A stretch of DNA of 63,924 nucleotides, filler included, from Phoronis australis (GCA_002633005.1; 5 parts of 5 records of this genome joined end to end with filler, not necessarily neighbours in it), one strand, 5' to 3'; positions 35,801 to 50,054 are shown, counted from the first letter of the whole stretch. Notes: generated from the sequence alone by a model not told the origin. Translations and numbers: made by a program.

Positions 35801-38800
35801 GAAGAATGAAAAATTAAAACATTGAAAATTGGCTTGATTTTCTAATTTTTCTGTAAAATTTTCTTTTAAATGAAAAATCAATTGGTTCTTTTATGCATGG
35901 ACCAAGATCAGTGTGCAGCTTTCCTACTCAATTCTTGTTTTGAAATTGAATATTGAAATCTAATTAAATAAGGAAAATTTGATAATCAATATTTCAAGGT
36001 TAACTTGGATTTATATCGCAACTGTTGAGAGTGTTGTGCAAAGTAGTTCACAAGACAATGGCTCCACCCTTGCAAGCCCCACAGTTGTGACTGGTTGTAC
36101 ATAATGTTGGCACAATCGCGAAATTGAACCATGGAATAAATCTGCATTGACCATCAAAATGTGCTATTTGGTTTAAGATTGAAAATTGAATTTTCATAAC
36201 TCTTTAGTTCAGTTTAAATTGAACAATTATCTGTGAAACACTGACAATATTTTAAGTTGCATGATTTCAAGTGAATCTTGGAAATGGACACTAATTAAGG
36301 TATTGTGTGAGAAAGCATTGATTTCTTGTGTTGTAACAGTGATGGAGCTCCTACTTACTCTTTACAACACAACTAACTACTACCCCAGTGTTTAGTATTT
36401 TCTTTAAAAAATGTTTCAAATATCAGTGTGTACTGCTTGATGCTGGCTGTCTATATCAAAACATATTTATTTGTCCAGAATTTTATTTTACAAAATAGAA
36501 TTCCAGTTGTACGCTGTTCTAAATTGAAGAAATTTTATAATACAGCTCATAAAAGTTTTAAGCTTTGTTGAGTTTTGCATTGCATGTTTTGTTTAGCAGT
36601 TGTATCATCATATTTTCTCCATGTTGGTCATTTTATTTCCTTGCATGAATGTCTAAATTGTTCATTTTCTATTGTTTTCTAGTATACTATTTGGAATTTT
36701 CTGCCTAAGAATCTGTTTGAACAGTTCCGAAGGGTTGCCAACTTTTATTTTCTCGTTATTGGAGTCATACAGGTATGTTTAGTTCCAGAATAGCAGTATG
36801 TACAGTATAACACTTTCGTTTAAACGTAACCTGATTTGCTGCACATTGTCAATGATAGAGACCATCACGAAAGTTTATTTAAGGAGAAATGATTGCCTTC
36901 ATAACAATAGTTTTCTTGTCCGTCTCTCATTCATATTTAGAAATCTAAGTTGCTTACTCAGAGACAGAGTTGAGTTTCAGTGGGTAGTTTTATCAGAGTT
37001 TGGAGACCTTTCAAGCTAAAGTGGTGCCAGATGCATGATAATGAATGCTATGTGTTTCCAAAAACAACAAAACATATCAATAACTTAATGTAGTTATTAA
37101 GTTCATGTTCTCATTCAACAGCGTCAAGCCACTTGGCTAATAAAAATCATAAGATATTAGCTACAACTCTGTGAGTGTGTGCGTGTGTGTACGTGCATGC
37201 GTGCATGTGTATGTGATCTTTGACCTGATCCTTTATTTTGGCAAGTCTTGATTTGCTGACCTGCAGGTTGCAAATTCGACCTCAAATTTCGCTTGGTGAC
37301 CTAGCAAAAATCCCAATTTACTAGACTCATGAAGAGGCAATGTGTCTGGTTTTAGGAGGTGTGTCTGCTTGAATTATTGGGTCTAAGGGGGGTAATTGGG
37401 CATTATTGAGCTCACGATTAAGATTGACTAAAAAATAGTTAGGTAGAGTTCTCGGGCGTTTATTAGCCTAGTGCGTCACTTCTTCATATCAGGTATTGCA
37501 ATTTTCTGTTTGCCGTTGCTGCCAGCTATGCACTGCTTCTTCTCGCCAGTACTTTCGTTTCCCCTATCCCAAATGCAGTTTCCCCCACCTCATACGTGTT
37601 TTCCCCCACCCCTATAAGTGTTTCCCCACCCCATACTTTGGTTCCCCCACTCCATATGTGGTTTCCCCAGTGCTCTCCAAGACCTGTTTTGACTCGTCGC
37701 GGTAACGAGTTTGGATTTTGCCACATCGCGTTTGAATAAAGTGCGTCAGGTTTAAAAATTGCTGCGCCAGGTTTGAAACTTTGGTTGGCTTGGCACTTCA
37801 GCCCTCAGCATCAAATCAGAGAATGATTTTACCCAAGTGAACATTAAACATAGTTCTCTTTACCAAGAGGCAGTTAACAGTACTGTATTTGCCCTAACAA
37901 GGGGCCCGGGATGCTTAGAAAAGTTCGTTTTGGGGGGTGGGCGCTTATTGCAACCCAAGGCCCTTGAAATTCAGTCTCGGAAACAGATGAAATCGGAAGC
38001 TATGATTCATCAAATTTACGCTGTGTGGTGTATCTGTAGCCTATGACAGACTTTCTACAAACTGTGTTGCATTGCTATCAATCTTCGTTAAATTACTATT
38101 TTACAGAAAATTGTGCTGAAATCCTAGTGCGAAAACTCGCCGATGCGCGGCTGCCTCGCGATCGTTGACATGGCAGCTTGAATAAAAATATAGTTTTGAC
38201 TCAACAAATTACCTGAAATCCTCACTTAAGTTTTCTAAATAGTGTCCCTAAGATTTAAGTTCCTGTGGAGTCGGTATTAAGAACAAGATAGGTTCAAAGA
38301 TAGTAACCCGCAACATGAGAAAAATCTCTGGACGAACACACAATGTCGTTGTCATGTGACATTTATGTGAGTGAGTGAGCGTACACGTGTCATCAGCATA
38401 TGAGGATATGCTACCCGTAGTTTCATGGATAGTTGTCGAAGACTAATGTCTGCGGTGACAGGTGACAGGTATGTAGCGCGCGCTTCCTGGCCACGTGCTT
38501 CTAACAGCAAGTTTTATTTATTCATGAGACAGTTGTCAGCTGAATAGGCACTTTGAGTACAATTCGCGGTTTTCACGTGTAGGCCCTACAGAGACACGCT
38601 AGAGAAGAGACAGTGTTGACTACTGATATTGAACTCTAGAAATTCGGTTGAGTTTGGAATTGGTATTGTGGAGAACACTGTTTCCCCACCCCAAACGTGG
38701 TTTCCCCCCATACGTGGTTTCCCCCCGTACGTGGTTTTCCCCCATACGTGGTTTCCCCCACCCCATACATGGTTTCCTTGTTTTGCCTGCCTCATTTCCC

Positions 38801-41800
38801 AACATGAGACTTTTGCCCGGTCGCATTTGGCGAGTTAACACTATGCTAAGCGTCGAGCCCTGCTTAGTCAACACGTAGGCATCCTTTAGTGACTCTTGGT
38901 GGCATTGTTTGACCCTCGAGAAGTTTCCACTGCCCTTGTGTCAACTCAATCTTACTATCTTGGAGTCATGTGACAAAGTGCCAGAACATGTTCGTAAAAG
39001 GTCATATACAATATTGACTGTCTCTGAGCAAGCAATCAATTTCTACTGAGAATGTTAAGTAAAAGTTTATTTTTGTGTGGTAAAAGTCCAATGAAGTATT
39101 CTTTTTTGTGCTTTTTCGTGTGACATTAAAATTTTATTAAGTAAACCATTTTAGTACTATGTTATAGTTAATTTCAGTATTTTGCTGCAGTCTGGTCTTG
39201 TTGTCAACTTAAATTTTTTTTACAGAATTGAAACCAACATATTGTCATTCATTACCATGCGCTTGAAATTCATCGTCCATTCATCCTTGTATGCAGTGTC
39301 TGTTCTAGGCATACATTCATTGATTTGTTCATAATCAAGTTGATTTTACCACTAAGCAAGTTCAGCTGACATTTGGTCAGGAATTCCACATTGTGTCGTT
39401 TTAACTCTTCAACATTATCTAACATTCCATTCCAGCTCTGCATTCCTGATAATCCAGTCAGTCCAGCCACTTCCATTGTACCTTTAGTCTTTGTCATTTC
39501 CGTTACTGCCATTAAACAAGTGAGTTATGTGTGGAGTATGAGAAATTGTCTTGGCTACTAATGTGTTTTCTGTCATGTGATGGTAGTCTTGATTACTTTG
39601 AAATTGAACTCTCGTCACTACTGTACATTGACGTTACCATAAAAGTTGATTCTTGGAAATTGGCATTTCTGTACCATGCACCACTTTCTTGACTTCTTTC
39701 AACCGTATTGTTGCTTCACCTATTTGTTGGCTTCACCTTTTTCTGCCTTTTACCATGTCTTTTTGATGTCACCGGTTTTCCAGCTTCAACGCAAGGGGAA
39801 AGTTGAATCAGTCACATAGTGCACGTTACTTCAAAGACCAAGACATGGAGTCATTGTTTCATAGAAACATAAAACATATAGTTTGAATCCTGGGGATATG
39901 TTCCACTTTCTACAAATCTTGTAGTTGCTTTTATATAAAATGTGTTTTATAAATTCAAGATGGAAAACTCACTGATAAGTCAAGTACCACTTCTGTAGTT
40001 CATTACTAGGCAGACTCTCATTCCTGTTTGTGCACAATTATCTGTGTTCTGTGCAGGGATATGAAGACTGGCTGAGACACAAGGCTGATAATGAAGTGAA
40101 CCACCGGCCAGCACACGTCGTACGCGACGGTAAACTTATAGAGATCAAATCTATGGAGATCAAAGTAGGGGACATCGTGCAAGTGAAACTCAATCAGGGG
40201 TTCCCGTGTGACTGTGTCATGCTGTCCAGTTATGAGCCAGATGGTCAATGTTACGTGACCACGGCCAACCTGGATGGGGAAACCAACCTTAAGGTTAGTA
40301 TTGAAGACTCAACGCATTTGATCAAAACAACCTTAAGGTTGACATTTAAACTTTAGTTGGGTATTAAGGTTAGATGTACGAAACAACGTCAATGGGTAAT
40401 CTAGCCTTTATGTTAGTTTTGATTGTGTGGCCAGCCTGCAGAGTAGCATTTGGAGCTATACATATGGAATAGTTTCTTCAAATTAGAACACAATATGGCG
40501 GAACAGTAAAATTTTATGTTATCAAAATTTTCAACAAGCGTAACCATGAAGACAGGTTTACTTGCTTATTTGATGTAGCATGGCCATCATCAACTTGTAC
40601 ACAATTAAATTTTGAACAGTTTTGGCAATACAGTGAGTGTTTGAAAATGAAAAATGAAAATTATGGCCATTATTTTTGTCTGAATTTGAAGAAACTTTAC
40701 TGTAAGTTTATTTTCATCTCCAAGGTGATGGTTAAGTCAACCTTAAAATTAATGTAATTACTGATAAGTGGTTGACATTGACAAGGTGCACTATTGATTG
40801 GAGGCACCTGGTAGGAGAACCTAACTTAATATGAACAGGGAGCTCAAGCTGTCATTAGAAATGTAACTTTCCTTATGATAATAACCTCAAAATGTGCCTG
40901 TTTCATTGTGTGAACTGTTGCTCGATAGTTTTTACAGTTACTGTTTCTGGGGTTGAGGTTAAAAAAATGTTTCAAGACAGGTCCACACAAGATTGTTGAC
41001 CTCTGTTGATCACTGGACTCTTGCCATAGTTACCTGTAAAATTGTGTTGACCAGTTTGACCAGGTGAATAAAGTGTTCAGAATATTTAAATGAAGCTGTA
41101 TTTACTGTATCTTGCAGTGCTTTTATGCTGTCCAAGAAACACGCAACTTTCAAGTGCCCGAAGACTTTGTGAACATTCGTTCCGTCATTGAATGCCAGCA
41201 ACCAATCACAGACCTTTACAAGTTTATTGGTCGAATCAATATATACAACGGCAATGATGAGCCCAAAGTTGAAGCATTGGGTCCTCAAAATGTATTGCTG
41301 AGAGGCGCTAGACTCAGGAACACTCCCTTTATATTTGGTGAGTTATAGCACTATTCAGTTTTGTCGTGTTCTTGTTATAACTGTGCCATTTTTTGTAATG
41401 AGTGTAAAGTTTGCGCAGTATTCTGGCCTGCGATCAGACCGCCTGCACTCTTTTTGCCAAAGTCCCTTTTGCTGTGCTTGTAAGTCAGTAAACATCTTTC
41501 AATATGAGGGAATATGAAACCTACTTGGAGTCAAGTCAAGAACGTGTTTGAACCTGACTGTCAAATAAAGGGCTGTCACCAGTCAGTAGTTTGTGTCATC
41601 TTTGTAACAAAACATGGTTTAAATGTTGTTTTTATTCGACATATTCTCCATAAAATTTGCATCCTTATTTCAGCTGCAGCTATTTACACTGGACAGGAAA
41701 CAAAGATGGCGTTGAACTCAAAGTTCAAAATTGTCAAAAGATCACAAGTTGAAAGGTAAGAGTTCAGCAATTTATAATACTCTATTTAAGAAATTCTTTT

Positions 41801-43728
41801 GCAATGATACCAACTGTAATCTTTATGTCATTAGCATAATTTATTTCTTTTAAGTAGATTAACATAATTTGGTATTCATAGTGAACAAAACATTGAGTTT
41901 TTCAGATGTTTGCTCCTCCCTTGAAGGCTTAGTCATGTAAATGCTCTCCCTTGAATAGGTAGTGTAGTTGAATAAATAGTTTCCCTTGAATACAATGTAT
42001 AAATTCTCTCCCTGGAATGCATAGTGATATAAATACACTCCCTTAAATACGTAGTCATATATTAAATAGTCTCCCTTTTATACTGCCTTTTATACATAAT
42101 CATATAAATACTCTCCCTTGAATGCATAGTCAAATAAATGCAAACTTGAAAATTTTGATGTGTTGGTGATTGACTTCGCAGGTTTTCTGTTGAATACGTA
42201 TGATTCTGTGCTCAATCGTGAATGCTAATTCTTGTGGTAAATGCACTAGTCCAATTCTAGTGAAGCTTTGTCACATGGCAGTCATGTGGTTGCAGGTCTA
42301 TGAACACATTTCTCCTGATCTTCTTGGTCATTCTATTGGTCGAGGCCATCATCCTGACTGCCCTTAAGTACTGGTATTCAGGTCAGGACAGGGTCATCTC
42401 ATGGTTCAATCAGATGAATATACCTCACAAGACCAGCTCAGACTACAAGATCAGTGTAAGTAGCAGGAAGTCGCAGGTCACAGGTCAACTGCAGGTCATA
42501 GGTCAGCTGCAATATACATTCACTATAAACAAGTAATTGGACAAAATACCATTTCCCTATCATGAGGGCTAATTCTATTAACTGCAAAAATTACTGGTAT
42601 TGACAATTCGGGCAACAAAGTTCTAATTGTTACTAACTTTCTTGTTAAGTCTCCTTCATTCTCAGTCGTCAGGGGAGACTACTCTGACGTTGAATTCAGT
42701 TTCCATCCAGCCACCGTGACGGGTAATTCTTGGTCATTTTGTCTGAATACTTTTGGATTGTGTTGTACTTTCTTGTAGATCTCCGAGTATCTCTAGATTG
42801 ATTTTCTTAACGTTGGGAACTGTTATTTCAAATGTTAATTCTTCATAACGAGGTCACTTCCGCTTAGGACCATGAGTAGTCAAAAACGTTGAATGTCTGT
42901 ATAGCAGTGGTAGAAAGTCAACTGTGTGTGCATTAATTGTGTACTTTTTACTTCAAGTGTCTGAGGTGCAACATGGTTGGTGTTTAATCGCAAATGTTTT
43001 TTATTTTGCTCCAGCATGATAATTACAAGTCATATTAAACAATATACTATACATCGTTTAAATAACATTAAATCATTACTCGACAAGTACCGTATTTCCT
43101 TCAGGATGTAATTTAATAAAGTTAATGAAAAAATTCGATATTAAGATTTTTTTAACAAAATTTTGACTAAATATGTAATTTTTTGCCAGCATGATCAAAA
43201 AATTAACACTACAATTTTCCGACTTAATGTTTCCCAAAAAAACAAAAAACACTGCTATCTTGTCCACATGAAAATTTACATGATATGTTTGTTTTAACCA
43301 ATCAGCAAACAGGAGCCAGAAACTGGAGACAAGACGACATTCCCAAAATAGATCGCAAATGTTGGCACTGCCCAATAGAGGTCAAACTTGTTGGCTGCCA
43401 GGGTTTTGTTAGTATTAAGATGGAAAACATGTATTGAATAAAACTGGTAATCATAATTCAATCTCGTTTCACATAGATGTCATCACGAATTTTGAGAGAC
43501 ATAATGTTAAAATTGGTCTTGAAATTTGTTCTTTGAAGCAGTCTAATAAAGCTCAATTAGTTATTTGTGAATGGGATCTCAACACGTAATTAGTGAAAAT
43601 TGATGATGTCTTCTATTTATTAAGTGCTTACAACTCTTGTTTGTAGGCTGTTGGTGTAGTCATTGACTTCTTTGCCTTCTTGGTGTTAATAAACTACGTC
43701 ATCCCTATATCACTTTATGTCACTGTGG
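32741..43728 (+). CDS. ATP11: P4-type ATPase phospholipid flippase, ATP11A/B/C class; 8 exons, truncated by contig end
   Basis: Exons 32741-32860, 36683-36772, 39436-39519, 40057-40293, 41118-41337, 41674-41755, 42296-42455 and 43647-43728 are in phase. Motifs: [33 protein letters not shown] (A domain), [30 protein letters not shown] (P4-specific PISL). Confidence 0.94.
35390..35714 (+). mobile_element. Old HINE-related fragment in opposite orientation
   Basis: TGGGCGCATTTCAACGCTC..TTGCTCTCGTT is the reverse complement of the family terminus; left boundary approximate. Confidence 0.55.
36683..36772 (+). CDS. ATP11: ATP11-like exon ([30 protein letters not shown])
   Basis: 90 nt, ttctag acceptor and gtatgt donor. 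Confidence 0.94.
37880..38400. mobile_element. Dispersed repeat related (inverted) to 10150-10650
   Basis: Shared block CTTGAATAAAAATATAGTTT..ACTCAACAAATTACCTGAAATC and TACTGTATT end. Confidence 0.55.
38680..38780. repeat. Short imperfect ACGTGGTTTCCCCC repeats (related tract at 37555-37670)
   Basis: Direct reading. Confidence 0.75.
39436..39519 (+). CDS. ATP11: ATP11-like exon ([28 protein letters not shown])
   Basis: 84 nt, ttccag acceptor and gtgagt donor. Confidence 0.93.
40057..40293 (+). CDS. ATP11: ATP11-like exon (GYEDWLRH...[12 protein letters not shown])
   Basis: 237 nt, gtgcag acceptor and gttagt donor; DGET motif. Confidence 0.95.
41118..41337 (+). CDS. ATP11: ATP11-like exon (CFYAVQETR...[14 protein letters not shown])
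   Basis: 220 nt, ttgcag acceptor and gtgagt donor. Confidence 0.94.
41674..41755 (+). CDS. ATP11: ATP11-like exon ([26 protein letters not shown])
   Basis: 82 nt, tttcag acceptor and gtaaga donor. Confidence 0.93.
41915..42140. repeat. Degenerate ~34-bp repeat (CTCCCTTGAAT..TAGT..TAAAT)
   Basis: Direct reading. Confidence 0.65.
42296..42455 (+). CDS. ATP11: ATP11-like exon, TM3 ([27 protein letters not shown]...)
   Basis: 160 nt, ttgcag acceptor and gtaagt donor. Confidence 0.92.
43647..43728 (+). CDS. ATP11: ATP11-like exon, TM4 ([27 protein letters not shown])
   Basis: 82 nt, ttgtag acceptor and gtaagt donor; PISL motif. Confidence 0.94.
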
Positions 43729-43861
43729 GTAAGTAGCGGATAGTGTTGCTATGGCAACTCTGATAATCTGTATTTGACCCTAAGAAAAAAACAAAATGAA
43801 TGCTGTTAAACGCACACAAAAATATAATCTCCACCACTGACATGGTGCATTTGTGGAAATC

Positions 43862-43961
43862 NNNNNNNNNNNNNNNNNNNNNNNNNNNNNNNNNNNNNNN
43901 NNNNNTTAATTAATTAANNNNNNNNNNNNNNNNNNNNNNNNNNNNNNNNNNNNNNNNNNNN
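43862..43961. other. Artificial contig linker
   Basis: Same 100-nt structure. Confidence 0.97.
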
Positions 43962-45977
43962 ATTTTCGGGACTGGGTGAGGAACTCAAGAAGTAAAGCTT
44001 AATAATTGCCAAATGTATCAAAGAAATGGCATAAGAATATTTATTGAAACTAAAAAATGAATAACAGTTACAGAACACTCAGAATTCCACGTTATAGACA
44101 TACTCTTGTAGTTGTAGCGACAGCAGACGATAATGTAGGTCTAGTTCTTGGGGTGGTCTATTCCAACAGGGAGCGATGAATCAGCGCGGCTTTGCGTGAT
44201 TTTGCATTTCACATCATAAAGAGTTCCATAGCAACTCGAGTATGAGTGTCAGATTTGAGTACGTTTAGAGTCTACTCGAAATCCGACATTAGATACGCTT
44301 TTTTGAGTACTACTCCAGTGAGCACGATTTTGAGCATGAAATCTCAAGTATGAGTATGAGTCTGAGTACGGAGATTGGAGACCGGGCCCTGGTCTCCAAT
44401 CTCCGTACTCAGACTCGAATCATGCTCAAACTCACACTTCATACTCAACTCGAGTACATACTGATCTTTGGTGTATTCAATGTCATACTCGAAAAATCTG
44501 TACTCGAAATTTCGAGCACGTACTCAGTTTTCGAGTATACTCGAACTGAAATGTATCTCATCTATATTTCGAGTACGATTTTGAGTAAAAATTCGGAGTC
44601 TATGCTCAAATTTCAAGTTTGGTATGGCAGTGTGCTTGAAATCGTACTCGAAAATAAATACGAGCCAGAGAACAAAATATCGAAAGGGAACCAAGAAACA
44701 CAGCAAATCTAAAAAAATAAGTCCTCTTACCGTATATCAGCACTTCAATTTCAGATCAGGGATAATACATGTAGTTTTCATCTTAAATCTTCTTTGTTCT
44801 TCACCTTATTAACCCGCCGTATCACTATATGTTATGGCCGCCATTCTACCTCCACAATCCCTGGCAACAGGCGCATTGTAATCGCTTGTTGGCGAGTCAT
44901 AACAAGCGTCGAAAGCAGTTGTGGGAAAAGTCGTGTGAGAAGTTTGTGCTGCCCTTATTTCGGTATGTGTGCCTACGTTTAGTAGGGTTTCCAAAAGACG
45001 AGGAGGGGAGGGAAGTTAAAAAAAGTTCGCTTCCCTGTCAGGAACATTTCTCATCATAACTTAGTCACCTATAATTCCTCAATCTCCAAATGGAATTCCA
45101 GATTTTGTTTGCTGATTTCTAAGTAGACCTCTCGTCCCGTTCACTGCCACTGGTGAACTCTGAATGCCNCTACGTTTTGTGGGGTTTCCAAAAGACGAGG
45201 AGGGGAGGGAAGTTAAAAACAGTTCGCTTCCCTGTCAGGTACATTTCTCATCATAACTTAGTCATCTATAATTCCTCAATACCCAAATAGAATTCCAGAT
45301 TTTGTTTGCCGATTTCTAAGTAGACGTCTCGTCCCGTTCACTGCCACTGGTGAACTCTGAATTCCTGCACAAGTATTGTTTTTTAACTCACGTGCCAAAT
45401 GTCAACTCACTTGATACATCCCGGTAAAATACAAAGATACAGTATCAAAGTTTGACATCAGCGTAGACCTCCACAGCAATGGGTTTTATGTCAAGACTAA
45501 ATTAGCAACAGAGATGTGATGTGATAAGCTGTTACATATTTCGTAAGACATTTTCGGGACTGGGTGAGGAACTCAAGACGTACAGCTTAATAATTGCCAA
45601 ATGTATCAAAGAAATGGCATAAGAATATTTATTGAAACTAAAAAATGAATAACAGTTACAGAACATTCAGAATTCCACGTTAGAGACATAATCTTGTAGT
45701 TGTAGCGACAGCAGACGATAATGTAGGCCTATTTCTTGGGGTGGTCTATTCCAATAGGGAGCGATGAATCAGCGCGGCTTTGCGTGATTTTGCATTTCAC
45801 ATCATAAAGAGTTCCATAGCAACTCGAGTATGAGTGTCAGATTTGAGTACGTTTGGAGTCCACTCGAAATACCTTAGATACGCTTTTTTGAGTACGACAT
45901 CCAGTGAGCACGATTTTGAGTATGAAATCTCGAGTATGAGTATGAGTCTGAGTACGGAGATTGGAGACCGGGCCCTG
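43962..45977. mobile_element. Tandem copies of a ~1.6-kb non-autonomous TIR element (hAT-like CAGGG terminus) rich in TACTCGA motifs
   Basis: 43962-44391 repeats at about 45550-45977; TIR GGTCTCCAATCTCCGTACTCAGACTC at 44391 and inverted near 45945-45969. Confidence 0.65.
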
Positions 45978-48900
45978 GTTCCCGGGCCTCACAAGATGAC
46001 GTCACGGATAACTTGTGAAGGCCCAGGTACAGGGCACTAGAACGATGGATTTCATTGGCTGATAGCTTACAATTTTTAACCAGGAAGTTGACGTGCGCAT
46101 GCTTATATCCGGTAATAAACTATGAGGTCGCTAGGTGTCGCAAGAGTAAAAAGTTATTTTTGGGTTGCGTTTTTTGCTGTCGAAGTCTCTGGTGAAGTAG
46201 CTGTTTATCAGGTTATATTACTAACAAACTGAGCTGAAATTCATGTAATTATCGATTCCTTATGATGTAAATAAACCTGAATTGACAACTGCCTCACCCT
46301 TTCCACTTGGCATTTTTCAGTTTCATTATTTGAAAGCTTTTTATGAATTGTTTAGGTCTCTTACAGCAGGGGCGGATCCAGGATTTTGAGTTGGGGGAGG
46401 TGGGGCAGGGGCACAGTATTTTGCTCGTCAGACATTCGCACCCCAAACTTCCAAATGGAATCTGGGAGAACTTTAGGCTGAGCCATGGCCCCTTTGCCCC
46501 CCCCCCCCCATCTTTCACTGTACATTGTTACAGTAGACACAGCTGGAGCCCAATTTCCACCACTTCGTGCAATCGTGGCCTACAGTGTTCACTCCCTAGA
46601 ACTCCACAATTTTCGACCCTCCAGGTAGCAACAATTCTTGAGCTACACCCCTCCCCTCGTTGCCATAATATTTTCTTCCCTTCTCTCTTTGAGGTGGGAT
46701 CCTGCTCAACTTGAGGGTCCTAAGCAATTCAAAACACCTTGGTGAATCTAACGTGCGCTGACTTTCAAACGTAGTGGAGAATGATTGGCCATAATGACCA
46801 TAGTTCGAGCATGCACTGAAAACAATTGCTTCCAAGGGCATCCAAAACACCTTGGGTGTTTCTGTAACCTCAAATTTCACCTAATAGGTTAACGCACTGA
46901 GCAAGTGTGCAGAGTTCAGTTAGCATATTATTCTTAAGACTGAAAATCACGTGACTTCCCATATTTTGGATAACGTTAATCTCTGACAGGATAGTTGAGG
47001 CTGCGAAAATAACCGAAGTGTTTCGAAGAAAAATTTGTAAATAGGAAAATAGCCGAGGTGCTCTAGATGTTCCGAGGATAAATTTGTAGCTACGAAAATA
47101 CCCGAGAGATATCACAAATGGGCCCTAAGCTTCAGTTTTATGCATAATCTGGTACTACAAAAATCTCCACCCACTTTGACAGTGGCTAAAAAAATTAGGT
47201 ATGTGATCTGAGGTTTGGAGTTCAATGAAAATGTAGCCTAATGTTACAAATGCATGATCTTTTAATAAGGTTTAATGCTAACAACTGAATTCTTTCGTAG
47301 TAATTCTTGGACAGCTGTCTTTTTCACTCATTAAGCTTGAAGAAGCCGGCTCAGAGATTCCTATTGTCAAAAATGAGTCTTGTGCCCAAAGTTTTAAAAA
47401 GACAGGTATCGTAATAAAACCCCTTCTGCATTAGGAAAAGGTACCATTTGCAGTGTTTTTAACTTCCAGAGTGAAACCTGTTGTATTCATGGGAAAAAGT
47501 TTTCTTTGGTAGGGATTTTTTCAAGCACCATTTTGAAGAGAAATTGTTTGAAAGAAATCACCCAGCTGAGTGTCATGTCCTGTATAAACCTGTGGGAGTA
47601 CCCCCTTGGAATGGTTTAAGGAGAGTACCCTGAAAGCCCAAGGATGGTGGAATGAACCTTATCCCTATAACTAACAATGTGGGTTGAACATCATGGAGCA
47701 CAATTGTTGATTTCAGAATGCGCTTATCAGCTGGTGTCTGTTGGCTTCAATATTTCCTTCGAATTAAACTCCTTTAAAGGTGCTATGCATGCGTTGTATG
47801 TGACAAAGAATAAATTTTGATCTGAACAACTTACCACTAGATACAGGAATTGGAAAGACTAAAAGAGGAAAATTTTCCAGATGATGTATTGTTTCACAAA
47901 TAGGCTTGTGTGATTATTAGATCATGTTTTGGGAATACACCTCTAGAGTGATGCTTTCAATCCAAATAAAACTCGAAATTATTTTTGTCACTTCCAGTCC
48001 ACTTCCTTGCAAGTTCAAGATAGTACTTAAGGACCACTAGATTCGAGCTAAAATTTGAGTAAAAACTCAAGATTTCTAGCAAAACCTCGAGCTCAGACTC
48101 AAACTCTTAGCTCCAATGCTGGGATCATTGTCATAAATAATAAAAATAATCTCTCTTAAAAAGTTGAAACCCAGGGCCCAGGTGTTACTTTCATAATGGT
48201 CTATGCTTTCACAAGGCAGTGAAAGTGCAACATGAATGGCAGTCGGGTCTTTAATAACCTATTTCCCCAGCACCATTGGTGTAGTCAGAATTATTCAACA
48301 GAAATTGTTGGCGACCAATGATTGTGATTGTGATGGAGGCACTGCATGAACAGGGGACAGGGGAGCTAGGCAAGCACAAAACCGGAATGAGTTTGTATCA
48401 GGGGAAGGGTCTGCAATGAAGATGGGGTAGCCCAGTAGTGCGCCCCACCACTATAGTGCCCAGACTTAGTACTTCAGTCTATCCCTAACCTAAACCATAT
48501 TTCTGATCAATACATCAGCAAAATAAAGTTCCCAATGGTTAGACAAATTTCATGGCACGTTGTGTGATTTGTGGCCTATGAGTATAATGTTTCTAGGAAC
48601 ACATTAATGACATCACGGTTTTTAATTTTAAGTCAACGTGAGGGTGTTTGCCAGTGCAAATGTTCTGAAGCAATTCACACTGCCCAACTCTTGCCACGAG
48701 GAGGCCCCCTCAATAAGAGTCAAATTTGTAATTTTGAAAAACTGTTCGAAAAGACCGAAATGTTGACTAAAATCACTGCTGTATTATGTAGATCCTAACC
48801 ACAAGAATGACACACTAGCATGTTGTTCAAAACACTGAGCAAACACAATGGTAATAGTCACATACAGGGGACCCCCACTTTGAGAACCATGCAGTGTTTT

Positions 48901-49765
48901 CAACTGCATAACAGGAACCTCTTTTTCACTGAATAGCAGACATTAAAACTTGTTCTCAAAATGCGGATTGCCAGTGAGTGACTATTGCCTGGATAACAAT
49001 CCAACCCATCTAACGCGCAAGAAACCATCAATTTGCGTTAAGTGACCCAACTCAAAATCTTTGAAGTACCCTGAGCTCCCAAGTTTGAAATGTGAGATGT
49101 TTTTGCAACTAGTCATTTCAACAAACCAGGTTTTTAAATCCACTTGCTTACAATGTCTAACTCCAGGATGCTTTGATTACAGCAAACCTTAGTAGTTTCG
49201 GAATGTTTTAGAATGGTTCCGAGACATTGTTTTGCAATTAGACTGAAATTAAATAGATGATTGTTGCAAACTGCAACACTTGATGTCATGTGAATGTGGA
49301 AAGCAAAAAATTAAACAGTCGCCGAGTCGGGTTCTAGGAGAGAAAGGACACTTGCATAGATTGCATATGACCAAATGTGCCCCTCTGACCAGTGACTCAG
49401 GCATTACAAAAGTCAGCATGAAAGGGCGAATTTCCAAATAAATTCCACACTAAAACATTTACTTTTTGGTTTGAACTATATAAAATGATCCATTTTTCCA
49501 CCAAAACCACTAAAGGTTTCATTTATGATCGACATATGTCCCGAAAAATAGATAAATGATACGTGCGTCGCAAGCTCGTTACCAGAGATGAAAGGAGATT
49601 GATGTAGGAGATATAAGGTCATTTATTATGACTAGTACAATTACAATAAAATGAATACAGGTAAATAAGTATAACAGGTAATCTCTGGTAAGATGGGCAA
49701 TAAAAAGCGCCGGCCGCGTGGAAGTACGAGAGAATGACGAAAACTGGGAGGAAGAGGGTGGGAAA

Positions 49766-50053
49766 ATTGAATGAGTTTTTGACGTACGACAATGTGGCCG
49801 GAACAAAGTGAATTGAAAGCGAGGTTACAATAACAAAGTAAAACGCCCCTAAAGACACGTGACAATCATCAGCCTATAAGAGCCAAGAGCTGACCAAACT
49901 CGAGGCACGTGATAACAACAGACCAATGCGAAGGCTGGAAAAACGTCGTGTAGTCCTGCACGAGGGAATAATGGAATAGACCAAGATGAGGGGGAAAAGG
50001 AGTAAGGCGAGTCCATATGCTCACATAAATATATTTAACGAGTGAAATACCAT
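49766..50053. repeat. ~290-bp direct repeat, second copy at about 53112-53398, bracketing the 122-bp array
   Basis: AAATTGAATGAGTTTTTGACG...GAGTGAAATACCAT twice with few differences. Confidence 0.9.
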
Positions 50054-50054
50054 N

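Noticed and set aside
44973-45365. ~195-bp direct repeat
   Set aside because: Straddles the N at 45169; probably haplotype overlap
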